Source of the DNA: Spirochaetia bacterium
GTDB taxonomy: Bacteria; Spirochaetota; Spirochaetia; UBA9216
Length of the DNA stretch: 64,000 nucleotides
Assembly (NCBI GenBank): GCA_963677925.2
Contig: CAXXYH010000004.1
Coordinates: forward strand, 1,760,001 to 1,824,000
Direction: 5' to 3'
Positions 9,529-19,290 of this stretch are shown here, in pieces. Each line of letters begins with the position of its first letter. Within the stretch, counting starts at the first letter, position 1. A program made the position numbers and the translations under genes. Under the pieces are notes generated by a model. It saw nothing but the letters and a program-made list of their open reading frames with translations, was not told where the DNA came from and did no database searches.

Positions 9529-12099
9529 ATGAGATACGATAAATTAACTCTTAAAGTACAGGAAGCGCTCCAGGAAGCGGATTCAATTGCAAGAGACTAT
9601 AACCATACCGGGATAGATATACCTCATTTCTTCAAGGCTCTGTTAGAGCAGGAAGGAGGTGTAATCCCGCCCCTCCTTGACCGGATCGGGGCAGACAAGG
9701 CGATAATTCTTTCTGAAATTGAACAGATTCTGGAAAAAACTCCCAAGGTTTACGGCGACAGCGCCCAGGTAGGGCTTGTCCCGGCTTTGAGCAATGTTAT
9801 TGCCCAGGCGGAAAAGGAATCGCATAAACTGAAGGATGAGTTTACCAGCTCCGAACATATCCTGCTGAGCATTCTTGGTACAGACAGTCAGACGGCTGCC
9901 GTTCTTAAAAGAGCTGGCGTAAGCCGTGATGCAGTGCTGGGTTCACTGAAGGCTCTGCGGGGAAACCAGCGCGTAACAGACCAGAACCCGGAAGAAAGAT
10001 ACCAGGTTCTGCAGAAATACTGCAAAGACCTCACAGAATTGGCCAAAAAGGGCAAACTTGATCCGGTAATCGGGCGCGATGAAGAAATTCGCCGCGTAAT
10101 GCAGGTTCTTTCCAGAAGGACAAAGAACAACCCTGTTCTCATCGGAGAACCGGGAGTAGGAAAGACAGCAATAGCTGAGGGCCTTGCAGGCCGGATTATA
10201 TCCGGGGATGTCCCGGACTCTCTCAAGAACAAGAAGCTGCTTGCACTGGATCTTGGTGCCCTCATCGCAGGCGCTAAATTCCGCGGCGAGTTCGAGGAGA
10301 GACTGAAGGCTGTAATTGCAGAGATAGCCGAGGCCGAGGGTGAGATTATCCTCTTTATTGATGAGCTCCATACCCTCGTGGGCGCCGGAGCGGCCGAAGG
10401 ATCTACCGACGCGTCAAACCTTCTGAAGCCCGCACTCGCACGCGGAGAACTTCATGCCGTGGGTGCTACAACCCTCGATGAATACCGCAAGCACATTGAA
10501 AAGGACCCTGCCCTCGAAAGGCGTTTCCAGCCGGTATTCACTAAGGAACCCTCGGTCGAGGACTCAATTTCAATTCTCCGCGGCCTGCAGGAACGCTATG
10601 AAGTACATCACGGTGTAAGAATCAAGGATGAGGCGCTTATTGCCGCCGCCGTTCTTTCCGACCGCTATGTAACATCCAGGTTTCTTCCGGACAAGGCCAT
10701 AGACCTGGTAGATGAGGCTGCAAGCCGGCTTAAGATGGAAATTGAAAGCCAGCCTACCGAACTCGACCAGATTGAGCGCAAGATTCTGCAGCTGAATATT
10801 GAGAAGCAGGCTCTTTCCCGCGAAGATGACGAGGCTTCGGCTGAAAGACTGAAAAATATCGAGAAGGACCTTTCTGAACTCAAAACAAAGCGTGATGTAA
10901 TGTTTCTGCAGTGGCAGAATGAGAAGAATATTATTGACGAGATCCGGGCTCTTAAAGCCGAACTTGAAGAGCTTAAAATCGATGAAGTACGTTACGAGCG
11001 AGAGGGCAACCTCAGCAGGGCTGCTGAAATAAAACATGGTCTCATACCGGGAAAACAGGCCCTTATAAAGGAAAAAAGCGAAGCTCTTGAGGGTCTTCAG
11101 AAGGGGAACAGTCTCCTGCGTGAGGAAGTAGAGGAAGAGGATATCGCTCGTGTTGTTTCAACATGGACCGGCATCCCCGTTTCAAAGATGCTTGCCTCTG
11201 AAATGGAGAAGTATCTTAAGCTTGAAGAGATACTCGAGCAGAGGGTTGTCGGGCAGGATACTGCGATAGAAGCAGTGGCTGATGCTATCCGCCGTAACAA
11301 GACCGGACTGTCGGATGACTCCAGACCCCTTGGTTCATTCATCTTTATAGGTCCGACCGGCGTGGGCAAGACAGAGCTTGCAAAAACCCTGGCCGAGTTC
11401 CTGTTCAGCGATGAGAAGGCTCTTACAAGGATTGATATGAGCGAATACATGGAGAAGTTCTCGGTCTCAAGGCTGATTGGAGCTCCTCCGGGATATGTCG
11501 GTTATGATGAGGGCGGACAGCTGACTGAAGCAGTCAGGAGAAGACCCTATTCTGTTGTCCTTTTCGATGAAATTGAGAAGGCACATCCCGATGTTTTCAA
11601 CATACTCCTTCAGATGCTTGATGACGGACGTCTGACCGACAGTCAGGGCAGGGTAGTGGACTTCCGCAATGCGATCATTATCATGACAAGCAACCTCGGA
11701 AGCGAACTGCTGCTTCAGGCCGATAATCCTGAAGATGTCCGCGGCGATATCGACAGGCTGCTTAAGTCGACTTTCAAGCCTGAGTTCCTCAACCGTATTG
11801 ATGAAATAATATCATTCAAACGGCTTGGTCAGGATCAGATCCATAAGATAGTAAGCATCCAGCTGAAGATTCTGATAAAGAGACTTGAAGATAAGAAGAT
11901 TAGCCTGCAGATAAGTGATGAAGCGGTAGATCTCCTTTCGAAGGAAGGCTTTGACCCGGCTTTCGGTGCAAGACCTCTTAAGCGGACCATTCAGAACCTT
12001 CTACAGAACCCGATGGCAAAGAAAATGCTTGCCGGGGAAATAAAGGAAGGAGACACAGTTAATGTGTCTGTTGCTGACGGAGTTCTTTCGTTCAGCTGA
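9529..12099 (+). CDS. clpB: ATP-dependent chaperone ClpB
   Basis: Two AAA+ modules ([16 protein letters not shown]), long coiled-coil middle domain, 856 aa. Confidence 0.97.
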   Translation: MRYDKLTLKVQEALQEADSIARDYNHTGIDIPHFFKALLEQEGGVIPPLLDRIGADKAIILSEIEQILEKTPKVYGDSAQVGLVPALSNVIAQAEKESHKLKDEFTSSEHILLSILGTDSQTAAVLKRAGVSRDAVLGSLKALRGNQRVTDQNPEERYQVLQKYCKDLTELAKKGKLDPVIGRDEEIRRVMQVLSRRTKNNPVLIGEPGVGKTAIAEGLAGRIISGDVPDSLKNKKLLALDLGALIAGAKFRGEFEERLKAVIAEIAEAEGEIILFIDELHTLVGAGAAEGSTDASNLLKPALARGELHAVGATTLDEYRKHIEKDPALERRFQPVFTKEPSVEDSISILRGLQERYEVHHGVRIKDEALIAAAVLSDRYVTSRFLPDKAIDLVDEAASRLKMEIESQPTELDQIERKILQLNIEKQALSREDDEASAERLKNIEKDLSELKTKRDVMFLQWQNEKNIIDEIRALKAELEELKIDEVRYEREGNLSRAAEIKHGLIPGKQALIKEKSEALEGLQKGNSLLREEVEEEDIARVVSTWTGIPVSKMLASEMEKYLKLEEILEQRVVGQDTAIEAVADAIRRNKTGLSDDSRPLGSFIFIGPTGVGKTELAKTLAEFLFSDEKALTRIDMSEYMEKFSVSRLIGAPPGYVGYDEGGQLTEAVRRRPYSVVLFDEIEKAHPDVFNILLQMLDDGRLTDSQGRVVDFRNAIIIMTSNLGSELLLQADNPEDVRGDIDRLLKSTFKPEFLNRIDEIISFKRLGQDQIHKIVSIQLKILIKRLEDKKISLQISDEAVDLLSKEGFDPAFGARPLKRTIQNLLQNPMAKKMLAGEIKEGDTVNVSVADGVLSFS

Positions 12100-12118
12100 A
12101 CCATATAATTTAAACTTC

Positions 12119-12150
12119 GAGGCATCGTTTTTACACGGTGCCTTTTTTTT
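12119..12150 (+). terminator. Rho-independent terminator after clpB
   Basis: AGGCATCGT-loop-ACGGTGCCT followed by a T8 run. Confidence 0.85.
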
Positions 12151-12234
12151 ATCTTTATCGATAATTACATATGTGATATCGTTCAGGCATTCAAAATATA
12201 GTCATTGTAATCGTTGAACCGGGGAGGGCTGTTT

Positions 12235-13479
12235 ATGGTCGAAGAAACAAAAGAACTCTGTTCTCTTCTGTGTAAGGGTACGCAGATTTCTTCACTGCAG
12301 GGTATTGCCGACCTTGCTTATGAAGTTCTTGGAAACCCGGTTTTTATAGAGGACAGGGCTCAGGTCAAGCTTGCATATTCTAAAAATGTACAGATAGAAG
12401 ACCCTTCATGGAGGCAGACTATCATCGATGAGGGAGGGCAGCAGCCTCTAAGGCAGGCGCAGCTTAAAGAGGTTGAATCAGCCCATATGGGTTCAATAAA
12501 AAGCCATCTTCCGGTGATAGTTGAAGACAGCCATCTGCCTATACCCAGGCTTATAAAGACCCTCACTGTGGGCGGTGTTCATGTAGGCACAATGATTTCG
12601 CCGGCCTACTGCAGACCTTTCAAGGAGGAGGATATTGAACTGATGGAGATCCTCTCCTATTATGCCATCGTTCAGCTTCAGCGCCGAAATTATAATATCT
12701 CTTCAAACAAAAAATCCGTTGAAAACTTTCTGATTCGTCTGCTTAATAACGAAAAAGTTCCAGGCGAGGCTATGCAGGAATATATTAAAATTCTTGACTG
12801 GAACAGCAGGCCCTATAATTACGTGATAGTTATCTGTTCGCGCGATGATAAGGAAACTGCGCCTATAAAAGATATTATTCACGCCTTCCATTATACAAAC
12901 TGCTGCCGAACCATGATTTACAATAACCTGATCGTCAGGGTTTATAACTCCGAGAACTGGATAAGCGACTGGGAGAATGAGGATCCGGGGATGACTGATG
13001 TATTGAAAAAGCATAACCTTATTGCCGGAATAAGCAGGAGTTTTCCTGATCTAAGCGAGCTATACGACCATTTTCAGCAGGCTCGATGTATGCTTGATGT
13101 TGCATCTACCCTTAAGAACGGCAGCCTGTATTTTGCCTATAACGAGAATTCCATTTACCATATGTTCGATACAGCCTCAGGGCTCTACGATTTAAAGCAG
13201 TTCTGCCACCGGAAAATACTCGCTCTTGAAGACTATGATATCAAACATAAGACTGATCTTGTTCCGACTCTGCATATGTATCTCGAGTCTTTGCGGAGTA
13301 TTTCAAAAACCGCGGAAATAATGAAGATTCACCGGAATACCGTATCCTACCGCATAAACAGGTGCCTTGAACTGCTTGATACCAGGATTGATGAAGGAAA
13401 TGAAATGTTTTCGTTTATTTTCTCATTAAGGATACTGGAATACAGCAATAAAAAAAGGGGCCAGGCGGCCCCGTTTTAG
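12235..13479 (+). CDS. PucR/CdaR-family transcriptional activator
   Basis: N-terminal GAF-like sensor, GISRSF..L..L linker and C-terminal HTH (TLHMYL..SISKTAEIMKIHRNTVSYRI); likely ATG at 12235 after GGGGAGG. Confidence 0.9.
   Translation: MVEETKELCSLLCKGTQISSLQGIADLAYEVLGNPVFIEDRAQVKLAYSKNVQIEDPSWRQTIIDEGGQQPLRQAQLKEVESAHMGSIKSHLPVIVEDSHLPIPRLIKTLTVGGVHVGTMISPAYCRPFKEEDIELMEILSYYAIVQLQRRNYNISSNKKSVENFLIRLLNNEKVPGEAMQEYIKILDWNSRPYNYVIVICSRDDKETAPIKDIIHAFHYTNCCRTMIYNNLIVRVYNSENWISDWENEDPGMTDVLKKHNLIAGISRSFPDLSELYDHFQQARCMLDVASTLKNGSLYFAYNENSIYHMFDTASGLYDLKQFCHRKILALEDYDIKHKTDLVPTLHMYLESLRSISKTAEIMKIHRNTVSYRINRCLELLDTRIDEGNEMFSFIFSLRILEYSNKKRGQAAPF
13450..13477 (-). terminator. Terminator for the minus-strand oxidoreductase operon, embedded in the regulator's last codons
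   Basis: A7-GGGGCC-AGGC-GGCCCC reads as hairpin + U7 on the minus strand. Confidence 0.6.
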
Positions 13480-13525
13480 GGTGGAAGCTGTGCCGATTAA
13501 TCGATACAGCAAATTGATAATTTAA

Positions 13526-14938
13526 TTATTCAGCTGATATCAGGAAGCTGTCGATTGAAGCCGCTGCTTCTTTTCCTTCCGCAACTCCCCATATAACCAT
13601 GCTCTGGCCGCGTCTTGCATCGCCGCAGGCAAACACCTTCTCAACACCTGTGCTGTAGGTTTCTTCATCAGCAGAGATATTTCCCCGGTCATCAGTTTTT
13701 ATACCAAGCTCTTTCAGGATTCCGGTATCAGGACCGGTGAACCCCATGGCTGTAATGACCATATCAGCCTTCCAGGTTTTTTCTGTACCTTCGGAATCCT
13801 TTGTTTTTACAGCCTCAACAGTTCCGTCCGGTGTCTTAATAATTTCCTCAGTGAAAATGCTGTAAATTCTCGGGTCTTCATGGAATTTGCTGACGGCTTC
13901 CTCCTGACTGTATTCTGTCTTGAAGATCTTAGGCCATTCCTTCCATGGAAGCTTTTCTGTTCCGGGAGCCGCATCCGGCTTCGGGCTTATTTCAAACTGG
14001 TAAACTGAGGCGGCTCCCTGACGGACAGCAGTCCCCAGACAGTCTGTCCCTGTGTCGCCGGCACCTATTATTATTACATTCTTACCTTCAGCATTCAGCA
14101 CAGGATCAATCACATACCCGTCTTCAAGAGCATTCTTTGTGCCGGCTTTTAGGTATTCAACTGCAGGAATAATCCCCTCAGCATCGCTGCCGGGAACCTG
14201 AAGCTTTCTGTTTTCTGCAGTTCCAATTGCAACAAGTACAGCATCAAAATCCTTAAGTACATCCGCTGCTGAAACATCCTTTGAGACTTCAGTCCCGCAA
14301 CTAAATTTAACGCCGAACTTTTTCATAAGGTCAAAACGTTTTGTAAGAAGTTGCTTATCAAGCTTCATGTTCGGAATTCCGTACATCATCAGCCCGCCGG
14401 GTTCTTCCTGCTTTTCAAATACAGTTACTGAATGGCCCTTCCTCATAAGATCCCATGCTGCTGATATTCCTGCAGGACCGGCTCCTATGACGGCGACCTT
14501 TTTCCCTGTTGAGAGGGCAATTTTTATTCCGTTATTCTTACCTGCATATTTGTCAGCCAGAAAGCGTTCAAGCCCTCCAATGCTGACAGGTTCATGCTTT
14601 ATACCCCTGGAGCATTCGCTCTCGCACTGTTTTGACTGATCGCAGACCCTGCTGCAGACCTCAGGCAGTGGACTGTTTGAATTAAGCAGTTCCCATGCTC
14701 CGTCGAAGTCTTTTTCGCCTATTTTCTTATTTATTTCCGGAATCGGATTATGTATTGGACAGTTCGCAGCGCAGTACTGTCCCGGACAGTTCATGCACCT
14801 TAGAGCTTCCGTCACTGCCAGCTCTGCAGTATATCCGGTTTTAATCTCATTATAATTATCAATTCTGGCAGACGGTGCCTGAGCCGGCATTGCAGTTTTC
14901 TGCGGTGTCATGTCAGGTTTTCTTATGTTTGTACTCAT
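13526..14938 (-). CDS. GltD/NfnB(SudA)-like NAD(P)H-dependent Fe-S flavoprotein (glutamate synthase small-subunit family), no large subunit nearby
   Basis: RCMNC..C...CP, CSRVCDQSKQCESEC, GAGPAG, GAGDTGTDC, GDARRGQS..WGVAEG. Confidence 0.88.
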   Translation of the reverse strand: MSTNIRKPDMTPQKTAMPAQAPSARIDNYNEIKTGYTAELAVTEALRCMNCPGQYCAANCPIHNPIPEINKKIGEKDFDGAWELLNSNSPLPEVCSRVCDQSKQCESECSRGIKHEPVSIGGLERFLADKYAGKNNGIKIALSTGKKVAVIGAGPAGISAAWDLMRKGHSVTVFEKQEEPGGLMMYGIPNMKLDKQLLTKRFDLMKKFGVKFSCGTEVSKDVSAADVLKDFDAVLVAIGTAENRKLQVPGSDAEGIIPAVEYLKAGTKNALEDGYVIDPVLNAEGKNVIIIGAGDTGTDCLGTAVRQGAASVYQFEISPKPDAAPGTEKLPWKEWPKIFKTEYSQEEAVSKFHEDPRIYSIFTEEIIKTPDGTVEAVKTKDSEGTEKTWKADMVITAMGFTGPDTGILKELGIKTDDRGNISADEETYSTGVEKVFACGDARRGQSMVIWGVAEGKEAAASIDSFLISAE

Positions 14939-14949
14939 TGCTTTCCTCT

Positions 14950-16656
14950 TTATTTATTCAGCTTATCTATGTATTCAGACGCATTTCCGCCGGACAGATA
15001 TGATGAGGCTGTAGCCCATGTCAGTTCAGAAATCGGAGCAAGCTCACCCTGCATATGCATAGCTGATGTGGCATCGCCTACACCGTAGAGTCCGGGAATA
15101 ACAGAGCCGTCCTCCCTTGTCACTTCACACTTCGTGTTTACCCTCAGACCGCCGAAGGCTCCTTCAGAAAAGCGCTGTCCGTAAATAGCGTAGTAGGGTC
15201 CTGAGCTTTCAAGTTCAATGAGATTTTTTTCAGTCTTTCCAAAATCCTCATCCTTGCCGGCTTTGCAGAATCCGTTATATTTTTCTATGGTTTCCGTCAG
15301 TTTTGAAGGTTCCACTCCAAGCTTTTCCGCCAGTTCTTCTATAGTATCTGCCTTGTATACCGGCGGTTTCGGTAAGGCAATTTCTTCATCAAGATCCTGC
15401 TGATAGCACTCATAAACAAATTTTTCCTTAGCCAGAGCCGGATCGTTCAGATACTGATTAGCAATCCTGTCTATTCCTGCCTGACTGTAGATCCCCCAGG
15501 TGATTTCCTTTGGCTGATCCTTAATTGTGAATCTTCCTGTCATCAGTCCGCCGGTTTCATCCTGCCAGCGTTCCCCGTTAAGATTAATCCAGACGCTTGT
15601 CGGGTGTTCAAGAATTCTGTAAAGACAGTAGCTGAACGGATGGTGGGCCGGTCCGAAGGTGGATACGAACATGCGCTGCGGATCAGGCTCTACGCCGAGT
15701 TCCTGCAGCATATCAATTGCATCTCCGGTGTCTGAAGGCACTGAAAAGCGGTGTATCGGTGTCTCACAGTCGAAGAAGTTGAAATACTTCTGCAGCTTTT
15801 CGTCGCTTCTTCCCATTCCGCCGGTGGCAAGAACAACGGCTTTAGCCTTGATATTGATAATTCCGCCGGCATCTTCGGCTGTTACGCCGGTTACTGTTCC
15901 GCTCTCATCAACAGTCAGATGTTTTGCAGCGGTTTCGGTCATTATCTCAACATCGAGCTTCTGCTCCCGTATTGTCTTAAACATCTGGTACTTTATGAAT
16001 GTTCCTGCCCAGCCGGGGCCTATAGCTGGATCCCTGCAGAGCAGGTTGTGATACATTCTGTCCGGAAAAACGATCATTGCCGATGTGTACATCGGGCCGA
16101 CATTTCTCTGTGAACCCAGAGATACTATATCAAAATGCTTTTCTGTATCAGGAAACTGTAGAAGCCAGTCAAAGAACTCTCCGGATGTATATACTGCAGT
16201 TTCTATCAGTTCTTTTTCAATCTTTTTGCCTGATCTGTTCCAGAATTCTTCAACTGCATCAACCCTGACATCTTCAAAGTTGTTTCTTTTATGAAGTTCG
16301 GTGTATACAGGAAAGAACATATGGGCGTAGTCAGTGTTTCCGCCTGTCTTTTTTGATTTTTCCAGAACTATAACCTTTTTGCCTGTCTGAGCGGCTCTAA
16401 CTGCTGCGATCATTCCGGTACCGGATCCGCAGACAACAAGGTCGCATTCCATATCAATGGGTTCGTGTTTCTCTATTATAATCTCTGCATCAACATCTTT
16501 TATGCTTGCTGTATGACAGAGCTTTTCGCATAACCCGCATTCAACGCATATGTCCTGATCTATTTCATACTTAAGACCTGCATAGTTTATGGCCTGCATG
16601 GGGCATTCCATCGCACAGTTGTGGCAGCCGACACAGGTATCCGCAATTTTGTACAT
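14950..16656 (-). CDS. FAD-dependent oxidoreductase (FAD_binding_2/flavocytochrome c-like) with N-terminal 2[4Fe-4S] ferredoxin domain
   Basis: Likely start MYKIADT (SD AGGAG); CVGCHNCAMECP and CVECGLCEKLC; VVCGSGTG, EK...GGNT, LATGG, GGLRVN, IPGLYGVGD. Confidence 0.88.
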   Translation of the reverse strand: MYKIADTCVGCHNCAMECPMQAINYAGLKYEIDQDICVECGLCEKLCHTASIKDVDAEIIIEKHEPIDMECDLVVCGSGTGMIAAVRAAQTGKKVIVLEKSKKTGGNTDYAHMFFPVYTELHKRNNFEDVRVDAVEEFWNRSGKKIEKELIETAVYTSGEFFDWLLQFPDTEKHFDIVSLGSQRNVGPMYTSAMIVFPDRMYHNLLCRDPAIGPGWAGTFIKYQMFKTIREQKLDVEIMTETAAKHLTVDESGTVTGVTAEDAGGIINIKAKAVVLATGGMGRSDEKLQKYFNFFDCETPIHRFSVPSDTGDAIDMLQELGVEPDPQRMFVSTFGPAHHPFSYCLYRILEHPTSVWINLNGERWQDETGGLMTGRFTIKDQPKEITWGIYSQAGIDRIANQYLNDPALAKEKFVYECYQQDLDEEIALPKPPVYKADTIEELAEKLGVEPSKLTETIEKYNGFCKAGKDEDFGKTEKNLIELESSGPYYAIYGQRFSEGAFGGLRVNTKCEVTREDGSVIPGLYGVGDATSAMHMQGELAPISELTWATASSYLSGGNASEYIDKLNK

Positions 16657-16686
16657 TGTATAAAGTCTCCTATTCAGTGTACTGCC

Positions 16687-16751
16687 ATTATAGTGGACAC
16701 TTGAAAGGCAGACATCATGCCCCGAGCACAAATTCCGGGAGCTTTTTGTGC
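16687..16751 (-). promoter_or_regulatory. Activator-type promoter of the oxidoreductase operon with operator GCACAAA-N12-TTTGTGC
   Basis: Box at 16726-16751; TATAAT on minus strand at 16692-16687, 33 nt away; poor -35 (ATGTCT). Confidence 0.7.
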
Positions 16752-16819
16752 TGAGATGTGATATAAAGGCAGGGCCGCAATCTGTTTAATGCTTCCGGAT
16801 ACTCCGATTTGGTCTTGGC

Positions 16820-16884
16820 GCACAAATCATCAGGTTTTTTTGTTCTTCCGTCATGTAGATAAGTAAATATCGGGATTTTATAAT
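16820..16884 (+). promoter_or_regulatory. Activator-type promoter of the permease operon with operator GCACAAA-N12-TTTGTTC
   Basis: Box at 16820-16845; TATAAT at 16879-16884, 33 nt away; weak -35 (TAGATA). Confidence 0.7.
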
Positions 16885-16986
16885 GGGCATCAATATCAAT
16901 AAAAGCATTAATGCCTAGTTAGTATCTGGTTAAATAGTATACGGATTACCGGGGCGGATGTCTTTTAAAAAGAATAGGAGGGCTAT

Positions 16987-18342
16987 ATGTCTATAGCACT
17001 ATCAGTATTTGGAGTCCTGTTAGGGTTTGTTATGCTCATTCTCCTGACATACAAGGGACTGCATCTTTCCTGGGTATCAATAATCGTCGCCCTGATTTTG
17101 ATGATCACCAGCGGACTTGCAATCGGCAAATCCTGGGATGAAACAATCAACAAGGGTATCGGAATGATGGCAGGAACGCTTATACCGCTGTTCCTGGCGG
17201 GCGCAACGTTCGGAAAAATCGTATCAGTCAGCGGTGCGGCGGATTCTTTCGCCAAAACAGTACTCCGTGCACTTACCGGAAACCTTTCAGCACCTAAAAA
17301 AAGACTGGTAGGCGCTTTCCTCATTATCCTTATGGGTGTCCTTATGGCCTATGCGGGTATTGATAACTTTGCAATTCTTTTCACACAGATAGCAATTGCG
17401 GCAAGTATCATGCATGAGGTAAACATCCCCCGTCGTTTTATTGCGGTTCTTATCATCCTCGGTTCAACCGTAGGCGGTGCGCTTCCTGGTACTCCGTCAA
17501 TCATCAATATATTTGCTGTTCAGTTCCTTGTAGATACAAGCGCTATGGCTGCTCCGGCAATTGCAATCACAGGCGGTCTGTTCATTCTGGTTGCATCCCT
17601 CTGGGGAATGTCAAGAATGTGGGAAAAAGATGTTGCTGCAGGTCAGAATTTTGAGTTCGGCCCTCTTTCCCAGGCAAGGTTTGAAGAAAAGAACCTTCCC
17701 CCCTGGTTCTTTATCCTTATTCCTACAGCCGCAATCTTCGTATGTTTTAATATTCTTCACCTCAGCCCCTTCTTCTCACTTCTTGTAGGTGTCGGTATTT
17801 CAGTTCTCCTGTTCTACCCGTACATGCCTTATAATGAGGAATCAGGAAAGAGCAAACCTATTGCAAAACTCAACAAGCTTGTTGAACAGTTCAACAGCGG
17901 TGCTGAAATTGCAGGTATTCCGGTTATCATCCTTATCAACATGGCTCTTGGACAGCTTATCTCATCAACTCCGGCTTTCGGTTGGATGGTACAGGGAATC
18001 GGCGGAATGCAGGGCTCGATCAGTCCCTATATTCTCTTTGCAGTTCTTTCAATCCTGATAATCGGTATTTCAGCCTCAATGTCCGGGCTTATCGTTATGT
18101 TCAACCTTGCTCATGACCTTTTTATTCCGGTTATGGGAATCAGCGCTATTGCTGCGCACAGAATTGTTGCATTCTCAGGCTTTGTTCTTGATACCCTTCC
18201 GTTTGGAACAATGGTTGTTGCAATAATGCTTCTTACCGGTATCAAGCAGAAAGAAGGTTATCCGCCAATCCTCTTTTCAACAGTCGGTGTTACAGCAGTA
18301 GCCACAGTGATAGTTACTATCATGGCTATGATAATGTACTAG
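16987..18342 (+). CDS. GntP/IT-superfamily organic-acid permease
   Basis: About 12-13 TM; FLAGATFGKIVSVSGAADSFA, LPGTPSIINI and HRIVAFSGFVLDTLP, typical of GntP-like symporters. Confidence 0.8.
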   Translation: MSIALSVFGVLLGFVMLILLTYKGLHLSWVSIIVALILMITSGLAIGKSWDETINKGIGMMAGTLIPLFLAGATFGKIVSVSGAADSFAKTVLRALTGNLSAPKKRLVGAFLIILMGVLMAYAGIDNFAILFTQIAIAASIMHEVNIPRRFIAVLIILGSTVGGALPGTPSIINIFAVQFLVDTSAMAAPAIAITGGLFILVASLWGMSRMWEKDVAAGQNFEFGPLSQARFEEKNLPPWFFILIPTAAIFVCFNILHLSPFFSLLVGVGISVLLFYPYMPYNEESGKSKPIAKLNKLVEQFNSGAEIAGIPVIILINMALGQLISSTPAFGWMVQGIGGMQGSISPYILFAVLSILIIGISASMSGLIVMFNLAHDLFIPVMGISAIAAHRIVAFSGFVLDTLPFGTMVVAIMLLTGIKQKEGYPPILFSTVGVTAVATVIVTIMAMIMY

Positions 18343-18359
18343 ACCGGAGATAATAAAAT

Positions 18360-19265
18360 ATGAGAAGTTTTGCGGATATATTATTTCAGTCGATGATCAA
18401 ACAGAACCCTGACCTCCTTCCGCTTGCGGATACATACGCTGCAACCGAGAATGGAAAACCCGGAGCTCTTGTAATGATGAGCTGCTGGAGCAGTGTTACA
18501 GGGCTGAATTATATAGCGCAATTCTTCTCAGATTCTGAAACCGGACAGCTGTTTGTCACAGCAAACCTTGATGAATCTGGAAAACAGGCAATCTTTTTCG
18601 GAAGGCTGAAGATAGAGGACGGGCTTATCGGCGAACTGGAGCTTTATATAGTCCGTTCACGGGTTGAGGCCGGATTTGTTTTCCTGCCAGAAGAAATGAA
18701 AAAAATTCCGCAGCAGTGGACAGCTGATGTCCCGGCAGGTCAGAAAGCCTCACGCGAAGAACTTCTTGCTGTAGGGAATGCTGTTTTTGACGGAAGTTCC
18801 GGTGAGCAGTTCGAAGCTTCTGAACAAAGTGTTCTTATGGAAATGGGCGGGATAGTCTATGAAGATCCGGACTACCTGGAAGCAATTATGGATGAAAAGG
18901 CGGCCTCTGAAGCCCCTGTCACCATTCCTGCGTCATTTATTCCGGGACGTCCTTCTGATCCCGATGCACGTGTTCTAATTGCTGATGTAGAGCAGGGGGT
19001 TGTAATCAGTTTCGGTGTAGTTTCAGGTTTTGTTTCAGCCTATATCGTGCCGGGAGCAACAGCTTCCTGTTTTGTCCCTGCCTGTATGATTGATATGCAT
19101 CGGAAAACAGTTGAAGCTGCCGATAAAACCGGCAGGAAAATCCTGAAGGAAATGCCGGCAGCCGGTCTTACAGCTGAGATCGTATGTTTTCATTCCGGCC
19201 AGATTCAGGGAATCCACCGGTACGTCAGTGTTCAGGCTCCGGGTGTTGTTTCCTCCTGGGTTTGA
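18360..19265 (+). CDS. Hypothetical cytoplasmic protein with an internal duplication (tandem NTF2/SnoaL-like domains, inferred)
   Basis: SD GGAG; two similar halves (ATENG/LMEMG; DSETGQL/DVEQGVV; LKIEDGLI/VCFHSGQI). Confidence 0.7.
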   Translation: MRSFADILFQSMIKQNPDLLPLADTYAATENGKPGALVMMSCWSSVTGLNYIAQFFSDSETGQLFVTANLDESGKQAIFFGRLKIEDGLIGELELYIVRSRVEAGFVFLPEEMKKIPQQWTADVPAGQKASREELLAVGNAVFDGSSGEQFEASEQSVLMEMGGIVYEDPDYLEAIMDEKAASEAPVTIPASFIPGRPSDPDARVLIADVEQGVVISFGVVSGFVSAYIVPGATASCFVPACMIDMHRKTVEAADKTGRKILKEMPAAGLTAEIVCFHSGQIQGIHRYVSVQAPGVVSSWV

Positions 19266-19290
19266 AAAATAAATAGAATTATTCAGTATC

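Noticed and set aside
13526-14938. Calling this gene gltD of a glutamate synthase
   Set aside because: No large subunit is adjacent; the operon partner is a different flavoprotein.
14950-16656. Calling this gene frdA/sdhA
   Set aside because: Lacks the HGxNRLG signature and the covalent-FAD His motif; no FrdB or membrane-anchor genes.
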